Of a stretch of 64,000 nucleotides of DNA, positions 34,511-43,927 are shown piece after piece. Origin of the DNA: an uncultured Gemmatimonadaceae bacterium (GTDB taxonomy: Bacteria > Gemmatimonadota > Gemmatimonadetes > Gemmatimonadales > Gemmatimonadaceae); the NCBI GenBank assembly GCA_963829055.1, contig CAWHHI010000020.1, forward strand, positions 320,001 through 384,000, written 5' to 3'. Numbering within the stretch: the stretch's first letter is position 1; every line of letters begins with the position of its first letter. The position numbers and the translations under genes are program-made. The notes beneath the pieces are model-generated. The model worked only from the letters and a program-made list of their open reading frames with translations. It was not told the origin of the DNA and ran no database searches.

Positions 34511-35626
34511 GTGGGGTCTCCGATTGCTCGAGTTGGCGCGCGGCCCGGCAGACACGGCGGTGGTGGGACGAGCGAGTGGAATGCGCACGCGGACAGAGGT
34601 CCCTCGATCCGGCGTTGACGCGATCTCGAACGTGCCGTTGGCGAGGGTCGCGCGTTCACGCATTGTGAACAGTCCCATGGCTGGGCTCTCGCGCTCGACT
34701 CTGGTCGAGTCGAATCCCGTGCCGTTGTCATCAACGTGCATGATGATCCGTCCGTCTGCCAGCCCGACGCGGACGTCGATCGCGGTTGCCGCCGCGTGGC
34801 GGCTCGCGTTGGTGATCGCCTCGCGAGCGATCCAGTAGAGTGCCGCCGCTGTCTCGGGCGGAATCGAGCGCATGTCCGCTTCCGAACCGCCCGTGACCGT
34901 CACGGTTGCGGGCGCGCGGCCATTGGTGGTCCGCACCAGGTGCTTGAGCGCGGGCACCAGTCCGAGATCGTCGAGGATCTGCGGATGGACCGTGTGCGAC
35001 AGGAGCCGCACCTGTTCCAGGAGGTCGCCGGCAGAAAGGCGCACTGCCTCGATGCGGTCTGTGAGCCCAGTCTCCGCCGCTTCCCGCTCGATGGCGATCA
35101 ATTGATACCGCAACGCGGCGATCGCCTGCGCAACCGAATCATGGAGCTCGCGGCCCACACGAGCGCGTTCGCGATCACCGGTGCGCACGACTTCGGAGGC
35201 GAGCACACGAACGCGCGCGCGATCCCGTTCGAGCGAGCCGAGGAGATAGTTGACCGTTCCCGCGACGTGCTCGAGGTCTGCGTCCGCGACCGCGGAGTCA
35301 GGGACGCGCGTCCCCAGGTCGCCAGCCAGGACCCGCATGGCCGTTCGCTCCAGGTCTCGAATCGGTCGCAGCGCAACCGCGACGAGCACGAGATTCACGA
35401 CGAGTCCGGCGACCATGACAACGGTGAGCACACCGAGAAAGCGCCAGTCGGCGGATGTCCGATGCGTCGCGTAGGCGACCGCCCACATGGCGAGCACCAC
35501 CACGAGGTTCGCCCCCGCCAGTTTCGCGAGCAGCGGAACGCGCAGTACGCGGCGCACACCTTCGTGCGCCGCGTTGAAAGGCTGCTCGTGGCTCGCGGCT
35601 GAGCGCGCGCGGTAGGTCAGTTCCAC
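34511..35626 (-). CDS. Membrane HAMP/HisKA_3 sensor kinase, reading in frame into the response regulator
   Basis: ERARVGRELHDSVAQ, EAITNASRHA, DDNGTGF, GLFTMRERA; no stop before the regulator ATG. Confidence 0.85.
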
Positions 35627-35631
35627 GGGCT

Positions 35632-36720
35632 CTACTTCTGAACTACCAGCGCGGTCACCATCCCGAACATCCCGTGGTCTGATTCCGCGTGCGGGAGGAT
35701 GTGGCAATGGAACGCCCACGTACCAGGGTTGGTGCAGTGCACGATGACGTCCCAGCGTTCGCCGGGGGCCACGTTCAAGGTATCGCACTTCCAGGGCGCC
35801 GGCTGCGCCCAGCCGTCCTTGTCGATCACCGTCATGTGCATCCCGTGCAGATGCATCGGATGGATCATCATCCCTTCGTTCATGAAGCGAATGCGGATCC
35901 GTTCGCCCAGCTTCGCCGTGAGCGGCTCTGTCGCCGGGAAGCCCTTGCCGTTGAACGTGTAGCCGTGCGAGCCGTCGTTCAGGATGAACACGTAGTCGTG
36001 GTCGACCTTCTCGATCGCTCGCGGTGACTTCGGCTCCACGATGAACGCGCCGAGCAGTCCACCGCCGACCTGTTTCGTCGCGTTGTGATGGGAGTGGTAC
36101 ATGTGCGAGCCCGAGTTGCCGTTAGGCACCGTGAACTCGTACGTGAACGACTCGCCCGGCTTGATGGGCGGCTGCGTGATGAACGGCACGCCGTCCTGGT
36201 CCATCGGCAGCTCGAGACCGTGGAAGTGGATGGCGGTCGATTCCGACATCTTGTTGTGCAGAATGACACGGACCCGGTCGCCTTCACGCACGCGGATCTG
36301 CGGACCCGGCACCTGTTCATTGTACGCCATGGCGCTGACGCGCTGGCCGGGCGAGACCTCCCACTGCAGTTCAGTGGCGGTGAGCTCGTAGACCTTGACG
36401 CCATTGTCGATGCGTGGATCGAGCAGCTGGTTGCCCTTCCCTTCCGTCTTCGCGGGGAAGGCCTTGATCCCCGCCTCGTGCATCCGGTCCATCTCGTCCG
36501 ACTTGGCTCGGGGCGACAATGCGACTGGTGCTGCGGCCGCGGCTTTCGCCGGCGTCGTGGGTGTCGATGGCGCTGGTGCAGCGTTGCTCTTGCTGCACGC
36601 GGCCAGTGCGCCTGCACCGAGCGCGGCCAGAGCACCGTCGCGCAGGAAGCGGCGGCGATCGGTTGGGGCGGCTGTGGGAACCAACGCGTCCACTGTATTG
36701 GGCAATGAGGTATCGGGCAT
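35632..36720 (-). CDS. Two-domain multicopper oxidase, predicted Tat lipoprotein
   Basis: DRRRFLR and GALAAC; IHFHG, MYHSH, HPMHLHG, FHCHILPHAE...M (type 1 Cu site in domain 2). Confidence 0.9.
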   Translation of the reverse strand: MPDTSLPNTVDALVPTAAPTDRRRFLRDGALAALGAGALAACSKSNAAPAPSTPTTPAKAAAAAPVALSPRAKSDEMDRMHEAGIKAFPAKTEGKGNQLLDPRIDNGVKVYELTATELQWEVSPGQRVSAMAYNEQVPGPQIRVREGDRVRVILHNKMSESTAIHFHGLELPMDQDGVPFITQPPIKPGESFTYEFTVPNGNSGSHMYHSHHNATKQVGGGLLGAFIVEPKSPRAIEKVDHDYVFILNDGSHGYTFNGKGFPATEPLTAKLGERIRIRFMNEGMMIHPMHLHGMHMTVIDKDGWAQPAPWKCDTLNVAPGERWDVIVHCTNPGTWAFHCHILPHAESDHGMFGMVTALVVQK

Positions 36721-36838
36721 ATGTGATTTGCTCCGGTTGTCGTCGGCGGCAGTCGGGACAACCGGATAGTCGTCGCTCGGGGCACCTCAGTATGTCGGGC
36801 GGGCGTCTCGACCTGCCTCGGTGGATCCGGAGCCTTTC

Positions 36839-36909
36839 TGTAGGGGATCTCCCGACACTGCGAGTGGCCGCAGGGGATCCCGCCCGTTCGCGTGCGTGAA
36901 ATCCCTGAG
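36839..36909. promoter_or_regulatory. Candidate NarL/NreC-type boxes in divergent promoter
   Basis: TGTAGGGGATCTCCCGACA plus related GCAGGGGATCCC and GAAATCCCTGA; similar boxes at 29252, 30771, 38655 and 38698. Confidence 0.5.
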
Positions 36910-37030
36910 ATGGATTGCGGCAACCACCCGACGCTCCCGTCGCGTCGGTTGCACGACCTTCGGGTTGACACCGCCGCTCGGCTCGTGACCGCGGTGGTCC
37001 GCCCGACGGAGGTTCGCGATGACATTCCCG

Positions 37031-37701
37031 ATGAGATTCCCGGTGACGTTGGGTATCCTGGCAGCGGCGTTGTGGACCGTGGCGCCGGCGGGAGCCCGTT
37101 CGGCTGCCGCGCGCGGCGCCCAGGAAGACCCCGTGCGCGCTGAGAGTCGAGTCTGGATCACCGGCTCATCAACATCCGCCGGTTCACGTGCCGCGCGGGT
37201 GGATTGTCGGCCAGCGTCGCGTTGCGCGCGGACGCCACGCACCAGGCGTCGCTCACCGGCCACAACGTGGCCCAGGCGCCGTCACTGACGGTGCCGTTCG
37301 CGCAGCTGGATTGCGGCATCGGGATCATGAATCGGCATCTGCAGCAGACCGTGCATGCCGACGCTCACCCTGCCGTGAGCTTCCGGCTCGAACGGTACGA
37401 AGCCGTCGTCGCCGGTGCTGTGCCGACCGTGCGCCTCGTCGGACGCCTCGCCATTGCCGGGGTCGAGAAGCCTGTCGTGGTCGACGCACGATTGGCGGCC
37501 GACTCGTCGGGCGTCCTCCACGTCCAGGGCGTCTACGTCGTCCGCATGACCGATTTCGGCGTCACGCCGCCGCGGCGGTTCGGTGGCCTGCTCGCGGTAC
37601 GTGACAGCGTCACCGTGCACTTCGATGTGGTGCCGACGGATGACGACGCGCTCGATTCGAACTCCATCCCTGACGTGCTCGCCGCACCTCTGACCCTCTG
37701 A
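37031..37701 (+). CDS. YceI-family protein; frameshifted
   Basis: Signal peptide, SRVWITGSS, LDCGIGIMNRHL, GRLAIAGVEKPV, MTDFGVTPP. Confidence 0.85.
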
Positions 37702-37713
37702 CGCGACCTTCCC

Positions 37714-38640
37714 ATGTGCCCGATAGCCGACACCGCACCCACCATGACGACGCCGACCACGGACGCGCCTAACGCCCCAGTGCTCGTGGCAACCGACGGC
37801 CTGCACGATTCCGACGGATCCGTTCGCGTCGGACTCGCGCTCGCGCGGCGTGACGGCACTTGTGTCGAACTGTTCAGCGTGGTCGAGCCAATGCCCCAGT
37901 TCGATGAAATGGTCGCTGCCAGCGACATCGACCTGCTCACGAGCATCACGAGAGAGTCGCGGAACGCAGCCCTTCTCGCGCAGCGCGATCGTACACACCC
38001 CGGCATGCGCGACTGGCCGTTTACCATTCAGACCGGCGATCGCGTGGAACGCATCGTCGAGACCGCCGAATCGATTCGGGCGTCGTTCATCGTTCTCGGG
38101 CTGGGAGCGCACGGCCTCACAGCGCGCCTGCTTCAGCGGGAGACCGCGGTGCGCGTGATGCGGGCGTCTCGCACCCCTGTCCTGGCCGTGCCTAACGATG
38201 CGTGGGGCGTCCCGCACAGTGCCCTGGCGGCGATCGACTTCACCGCGTCGAGTGACCGCGCAGCGCGCGCCGCACTCCGGCTGCTCGGAACGGAAGGCAG
38301 GCTCTATCTCGCGCACGTCACACCGCGCATCCCGATGCCACTCGCCGACTCTCGGCAGTGGGACGACCTGACTGGCGCCGGCGTGTTGTCGCGACTCTCC
38401 GTGCTCGCGAAGCGCCTGGCACCTCCGCCGGGCGTGGAGATCGAGTTCGTGTCGCTGCACGGGGAACCGGCTCACGAGCTGCTGGCGTTCGCCGACCAGC
38501 GTCACATCGACCTCGTTGCCGCCGGCGCGCACGGCAAATCGGCTTTCGAGCGGCTCGTGCTCGGGAGCGTGTCGACGACGCTGGTCCGTACCGCGCGGTG
38601 CTCTGTGCTCGTCGCGCCCGCGGACGGGTCGGCGACGTAG
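37714..38640 (+). CDS. Tandem-domain universal stress protein
   Basis: VLVATDG..FIVLGLG..; AAIDFT..GEPAHELL..DLVAAGAHG..LGSVS. Confidence 0.9.
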   Translation: MCPIADTAPTMTTPTTDAPNAPVLVATDGLHDSDGSVRVGLALARRDGTCVELFSVVEPMPQFDEMVAASDIDLLTSITRESRNAALLAQRDRTHPGMRDWPFTIQTGDRVERIVETAESIRASFIVLGLGAHGLTARLLQRETAVRVMRASRTPVLAVPNDAWGVPHSALAAIDFTASSDRAARAALRLLGTEGRLYLAHVTPRIPMPLADSRQWDDLTGAGVLSRLSVLAKRLAPPPGVEIEFVSLHGEPAHELLAFADQRHIDLVAAGAHGKSAFERLVLGSVSTTLVRTARCSVLVAPADGSAT

Positions 38641-38872
38641 GCGCCTCACGAGTACTGGGGCTACCCCGAGTATTCAGCGGCCGGTCTCGCGTGCACTATA
38701 GGGGGTCTCCTACGGCGAGCGCGCGTGATCGGTCGTTGGCTCACCATGCTGAATCTGCTCTGGTCGATCGTCTGAACGGCGTGCCGCCATCAGCTATCAG
38801 CTGGCGAACGGCGCGAACAGCGCAGCCCTCCACCGCTCCGGCGTGAGGTGGCAAGCCGATGGACTGCGTGAG

Positions 38873-39895
38873 TCAGGAAAGTCCGCTACGCGACCGCGGC
38901 CAGTGTGACATTCTCGCGGATTCGCGGCTGCCTCGGATGGCCGCCACGAGAAACAGGATGCCAGCGAAGGGAATTCCGACGAATGCCCAGGGCAAGAAGC
39001 TCCGGCTCCGCAACAGGAACGCCTCGGCGGGATCCTCGGGATCGTAGAACGCCGTATAGTCGCCCCCGATCGCATAACGCGAAGTCACGCGCCGAGCCCA
39101 GTCTCCACTGCGACTTTCCCGGAGCGGCGTCACGCGACTGGCCGTGTACTCCCGGTCCGCCACACGATACCGGTACACCACCACCGGCTCGTACGTGCTT
39201 CCGTCGGAGTCGCTGTGCTCTTCCACACGCGCACTCAACACGGTCGCGGTCACCGGTTCGAACATCAACAGTCGCCGCTGTTCCTTGATCAGCATCGTCA
39301 CGCCGATGCCGAGAAAGAGGCAGCAGGCCGCACCCATGATGAACAGACCGACGCGGCCGCGACGCGCCGCGCGCTCGTCACCGACCGTCGTCGCGCCGGT
39401 GCCGAGCACGGGACTCGCGTCGAATCCGAGAAACTCGCGCACGACCTCCACCACCGCGCGCTTCGAGACGTACCCACTCGTGTAGTACGACGTCCAGGCC
39501 ACACGCCGCTGATCCATGAGCGTCACCGACACGCGATAGGTGCTTCCGCTGTCGCCGGACGTCGATTCTTCGACGGAGACATCCGCGATGTCGCGCAGCG
39601 GGATCGTCTGACGCTCGACACGGCCGAAGCGCTCTTTCGCGATCACGAACAGGCGCTCGGTCTTGCTGAACGCGAACGTCTTGCGCGACGGCAAGGCGAA
39701 CAGTGCAAGCCCGCCGAGCGCTATGAGGGATCCGAGAACGACGGGGACGGTGCCGACGCGTCCGTCCGAATCCTGAGTCATTCCGACCCAGATGGCGAAG
39801 GCCCCTAACGCCGCCAGGAATATCCCAAAGCCGCGCAGGGTCAGCGCGGAATCGCGGATGATCAACTCCGTCGGAGTACGGGCAACGATCTTCAT
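38873..39895 (-). CDS. DUF3592-domain membrane protein
   Basis: TM segments; VTATVLSARV..TYEPVVVYRY..AFYDPEDPAEAFL. Confidence 0.8.
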   Translation of the reverse strand: MKIVARTPTELIIRDSALTLRGFGIFLAALGAFAIWVGMTQDSDGRVGTVPVVLGSLIALGGLALFALPSRKTFAFSKTERLFVIAKERFGRVERQTIPLRDIADVSVEESTSGDSGSTYRVSVTLMDQRRVAWTSYYTSGYVSKRAVVEVVREFLGFDASPVLGTGATTVGDERAARRGRVGLFIMGAACCLFLGIGVTMLIKEQRRLLMFEPVTATVLSARVEEHSDSDGSTYEPVVVYRYRVADREYTASRVTPLRESRSGDWARRVTSRYAIGGDYTAFYDPEDPAEAFLLRSRSFLPWAFVGIPFAGILFLVAAIRGSRESARMSHWPRSRSGLS

Positions 39896-40116
39896 GTATC
39901 GTCGGTGCTTCGCGGGCTCGTGAGATCCACCGGCCGCTGATCCCGGTGGAGATACTGTATACAGTCTCCCTTCTGACTGCTGAGCCGGTCCGCCAATAAC
40001 GGATCGGTGCACGCGCCGGGCAACCAACTTTTTCGCAGGACGCCAGGGACTGCTTCACCACGCATCTCAGACGAAGGACACGAACGGATTCGTCTGATCT
40101 GTCGGATTGATTCCGT

Positions 40117-40242
40117 TGTCATCCCGAGGGGTGAAACGACGAGGGACCTTCTGTGAACTGGCATCGTAGCCAGACACCGGCCACGATGACCGTCGAGAAG
40201 GTCCCTCGCTGACGCTCGGGATGACAGGCGACCGGGATGACA
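40117..40242. repeat. REP-like element family B
   Basis: TGTCATCCCGAG..CGAGGGACCTTCT ... AGAAGGTCCCTCG..CTCGGGATGACA nested inverted repeats. Confidence 0.85.
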
Positions 40243-40266
40243 CACCTCCTTCCCGAGGCCTCCTTC

Positions 40267-41449
40267 CTAAGGCCTCGTTACGCGTGAGCTTCGTCCCGAC
40301 GTACGCGCCAACCATCGCGCGAGCAACGTGAAGCGCTCGTAGTACGCCCACTTCAGCCACCGCCTGAAGTACACGAAGATCCGCGAATCGGCCCAGAGGG
40401 CACGGTACAACACCAGGCTGTGCCGAGGGCCGAGCGAGAGTCCGTAGAAGAACTCGCGACGAAGCTGATGTTCGGGCCCCTCGTCATCACCCCACGGCCT
40501 GGCCATCCGTCGCGCGAGCAGCGCGCCCTGCCAGATGGCCTCGATCGCCCGCTGCATCGTGGGCCATGCGGAGCCGTCGACGACGACCTGCGCGGCATCG
40601 CCGATCGCGTAGACGCCGTCGACGTCGTGCACAGCGAGGCGACGCGTGATCGCAATGCGGCCGTCCGACGTGAGCGGAAGCCCGAACGCTTTCACAACAG
40701 GGTTCGGTCGAACACCTCCAGCCCAGACGACGACATCACTCGGCACGTGTTCACCGTCGTCGAGCACTACCGAGTCGGCGGTGACATCGCTGACCATGCG
40801 GCCCAGGATGCGGCGGACCGCCGAGGCGGTCGAGCACCACCCCCGCGTGGTGGGCGACGCCTGGCGCGAATTCGGGAAGTAACCTCGCCTCGCGCCCGAC
40901 GACGGTCACCACGGGCTGTAGACCGCCGATCGGGCTCGCCGAGAGCTCCGCTGCCCACTCGACCCCCGTGATCCCGATGCCGACGATCGTTAGGCGCGCC
41001 GGCACTCCGGTGGCCGTGTGTACTCCATGAATTCGTTCGCGGAGCTCGAGCCCGTCGGTGATCCACTTTGCGGGGACGATTCCGCGCTGGGCGAGGGCCG
41101 CCGGGATTGCCGACTCGCTACCGACCGCAACCACGAGCCGGTCGTACGGCACAGGCGAGCCGCCGTCGATGTGGAGCAGTCGGGCGCGCGTATCGACGCC
41201 GGTTGCGGCATCGCGAATGAAACCGGCCCCGATCGACGCGCAGAACGCTTCGATGTCGAAGAGGAGGGACTGGGGTGCAGTCACCCCGCCTGCTGCCTCG
41301 TGGGCGAGCGGGACATAGGGGTGGTGAGAGCGGGGCTCGACGACGGTCAGCTCACCCGGGGAGAGCCGGCCTCGGCGACGGGTGTAGCGGTACAGGAACT
41401 CGAGCCCCGCGAAGGAACACCCCACGAGCACGATCCGGGGACGCGTCAC
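40267..41449 (-). CDS. NDH-2-like NAD(P)/FAD-dependent oxidoreductase; frameshift near 40820
   Basis: IVLVGCSFAG, YDRLVVAVGS, VGIGITGVEWAAEL, VVWAGGV, VYAIGDAA. Confidence 0.85.
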
Positions 41450-41508
41450 TTCCCGTCTCCCCACCTTCGCTGCGCTCGCTTCCGAAGACAACGACCGCCG
41501 AGCGAGAG

Positions 41509-41543
41509 AGAGGGCGCCCCGGGTAGTTGACGAGGCGCCCTCT
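41509..41543 (-). terminator. Putative terminator after the cold-shock gene
   Basis: agagggcgcc...ggcgccctct inverted repeat. Confidence 0.55.
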
Positions 41544-41582
41544 GCCTAACGAAAACGTGCGGTGCTGCGACTCGACTGGATC

Positions 41583-41936
41583 TCAGTCGCGCCCGCGCCC
41601 GCCGCGGCCGCCACCACCGCCACCGTAGCCACCACCACCGCCGCCGCCGTAACCGCCGCCGCCACCACCGCCGTAACCACCACCACCACCGCCGCCGCCC
41701 TTACCGCGGCCGCCGCCGGGAGTTCCGCCGCCGAGGCGCGTCACGTTCTCCGCCGCCGGTCCCTTCTGACCCTGGACGACGTCGAACTCAACGCTCTCGC
41801 CTTCGTCCAATGACTTGAACCCGCCTCCCTGGATCGCGGAGTGGTGGACGAACAGGTCCTTACTCCCGTCCTCCGGGGTTATGAACCCGAAGCCCTTGTC
41901 GTTGTTGAACCACTTCACGGTTCCCTTGGTGCGCAT
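41583..41936 (-). CDS. Cold-shock protein with Gly/Tyr/RGG-rich C-terminal tail
   Basis: [36 protein letters not shown] followed by (G)nY repeats and RGGRG. Confidence 0.95.
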   Translation of the reverse strand: MRTKGTVKWFNNDKGFGFITPEDGSKDLFVHHSAIQGGGFKSLDEGESVEFDVVQGQKGPAAENVTRLGGGTPGGGRGKGGGGGGGGYGGGGGGGYGGGGGGGYGGGGGGRGGRGRD

Positions 41937-42181
41937 CGGACGGTCTCCATCTGAAGACATAGGGTGTTGGTGCCGGCATGACCGCCCAAAGTTGGGCGGC
42001 CGAGTCTGACACCGCAGTTTCCGCTCCAGAAGGAGCGGGATGCCGCGCTTCCACGCGACGGAGTGCTTCGGTCGGCAGTATCGAACGAGCATCTCTCCGG
42101 CGTTGTATAGGGCCGACCATGCCCTCAGGTCAAGAGTTGCACGCACCAATCGAGATGCGCCAGCGGTTGGACGGAGCGATC

Positions 42182-42751
42182 CTACGGTGTGCCGGCAGCC
42201 AGTTTGGCCAGCACGCCCTTCTGGATTCGCTCTTCGAGGCGGCCCGTCGTCCCGCAGGCAATGCGGTCGCTGGAGGCGCCGTCCATCTTCTGCGCCTGCG
42301 CGCTGAACGCCGTCTCGAGCTCCGACGCGCCATGGCCGTCAGGCCGTACCACGGAGATCAGCGACATGTAGATCCGGTCGTTGTCGGCGGCCGAGCCCTC
42401 GAGCGAGTTGCCGCAGTTCAGGTACACCGAGATCGGCTCGTTCCCGAGCTTGTGCGTCTTGTAGAAGTTGGTGTTCCCCACGCGCCCGGTCGCGGGGTCG
42501 TACGTGCCGGGCGGGATGCCCAGCTCCGCGTGTACCGCTCGCAGCGCCTCGACGGCTCTACCCGGCACCGCGGGGATGGGCACCTTCGCGTTCGGCGCCA
42601 CGGACGTGCGATACGTGGTGTGGTTGTCGGTGGCGACTACCCGGTCGGTCGGCGTCACTATTTCCGTACCGGGCGACGAGCCCGACGAGGCACACGACCA
42701 CGCGGTGACGGGCAGCGCGAGCAGGAACACCGGGAACATGAGGCGGCGCAT
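42182..42751 (-). CDS. Hypothetical lipoprotein
   Basis: Hydrophobic leader ending TAWSC; further Cys pair (LNCG, IACG). Confidence 0.7.
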   Translation of the reverse strand: MRRLMFPVFLLALPVTAWSCASSGSSPGTEIVTPTDRVVATDNHTTYRTSVAPNAKVPIPAVPGRAVEALRAVHAELGIPPGTYDPATGRVGNTNFYKTHKLGNEPISVYLNCGNSLEGSAADNDRIYMSLISVVRPDGHGASELETAFSAQAQKMDGASSDRIACGTTGRLEERIQKGVLAKLAAGTP

Positions 42752-42952
42752 CTCGGATCCTCGGCCAGGAGGGTTGCGGATACGTTACTGCCGCGACGGC
42801 TTCTCGGGTAGCAGGCACCGGTCCCTTCCCGCGTCCACCAGGGGCTCGTCGTGCGCTCACGTTAGGCTGGGCGGACGTCGAGCCCGCCGGCAACGAGTCG
42901 GCGGGCTCGACCTCAAGAGCGGGATTGCAGGATGGTGGCTGCTTGCTGCTTT

Positions 42953-43021
42953 GCAACTGCCACTGCAACTACAACTGCCACTGCAACTACAACTACAACT
43001 ACAACTACAACTACAACTACA
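42953..43021. repeat. Hexamer microsatellite (CAACTA/CAACTG/CCACTG)n
   Basis: About 11 hexamer units abutting element A copy 2. Confidence 0.9.
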
Positions 43022-43022
43022 T

Positions 43023-43231
43023 GACAGGATTGGCAGGATGGACAGGATTGAACAGAGGCTCCGTGTCGCGCCCAACGCCCCTCCCGCAACGAGCCCAGGA
43101 TGAGAGGAACAGCCGCTCGGGACGCCACTCTCCCCGAGATGTGTTCCTACATTCGTTAGGCCCCGGCGACGCGCTCCCCGACGCCGAAGCGGTCATCTTC
43201 TCAATCCTGCCAATCCTGGCCATCCTGTCCT
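43023..43231. repeat. Palindromic repeat element family A, copy 2
   Basis: GACAGGATT/GGCAGGATG/GACAGGATT ... AATCCTGCC/AATCCTGGC/CATCCTGTC arms; interior like 11951-12146. Confidence 0.85.
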
Positions 43232-43393
43232 GCAGTTGCTGTTTACGCCGCGAGAAATCCCCGCATCCCAGTGGTTGGAGTGTCCCGCCACGGTCAGAAC
43301 GACGTCCGGTGATCGAAGGCGACGTCGTCAGGCGTGGAGCGCGCCCTTGATGCTCGTGATTGCCTGCTGAATCGCTCCTCGTCGTGCAGACTT

Positions 43394-43906
43394 CTACGCG
43401 GGGCTCCCGGTCGATGCGCCTCGCAGCGCCGCTTCCAGCGCGCGAGCGTCGCGCGCACCGGTATACCTGACTCCGTTGATGAACATCGTCGGCGTTCCGT
43501 GAACGCCCAGGGCGAGTCCGCTCCGCACGTCGGCTTCCACGCGTTCGGCGTAGGCATGCGTGCGCAGCGCGTCTCGCGCCCGAGTCTCGTCGATGCCGAG
43601 CTCCGTCGCGTACCTAACGAGATCCGCGTCCTCCAGCTCATGCTGATGTTTGAACAGCTGGACGTGCATCTCCCAGAACTTTCCTTCCGCGTCCGCCAGC
43701 TCGGCGGCTTCGGCGGCGTGCTGGGCGTGCGGGTGGATCGTCCGGAGCGGGAAGTGGCGATACACGTAGCGCAGTGTATCACCGAGTCGTGGCCGCACGC
43801 GCTGGAGCGCGACGTGGGCGACTCGCGTATCCGGGCACTCGTAGTCACCGTAGACGATGAGCGTCACCGGGGCATCGTCGGGGCCGTCCACGTGCTCTGC
43901 GCTCAT
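43394..43906 (-). CDS. DsbA-like thioredoxin-fold protein with CPDT motif
   Basis: GPDDAPVTLIVYGDYECPDT..YRHFPL..HPHAQHAAEAA..GVHGTPTMFING. Confidence 0.9.
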   Translation of the reverse strand: MSAEHVDGPDDAPVTLIVYGDYECPDTRVAHVALQRVRPRLGDTLRYVYRHFPLRTIHPHAQHAAEAAELADAEGKFWEMHVQLFKHQHELEDADLVRYATELGIDETRARDALRTHAYAERVEADVRSGLALGVHGTPTMFINGVRYTGARDARALEAALRGASTGSPA

Positions 43907-43927
43907 CTCGGCTCGATCAGTGTCCGA

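Noticed and set aside
35632..36720. Copper nitrite reductase (nirK)
   Set aside because: Domain 1 has YHSH with no Cys and the type 1 site is in domain 2, which fits a two-domain multicopper oxidase rather than NirK.
41937..42150. cspA-type thermosensor 5' UTR
   Set aside because: The position is plausible, but I cannot recognise the family sequence without a covariance search.
11951..43231. Repeats as a CRISPR array or integron attC array
   Set aside because: Copies are dispersed, there is no regular repeat-spacer pattern, and no cas or integrase gene is present.
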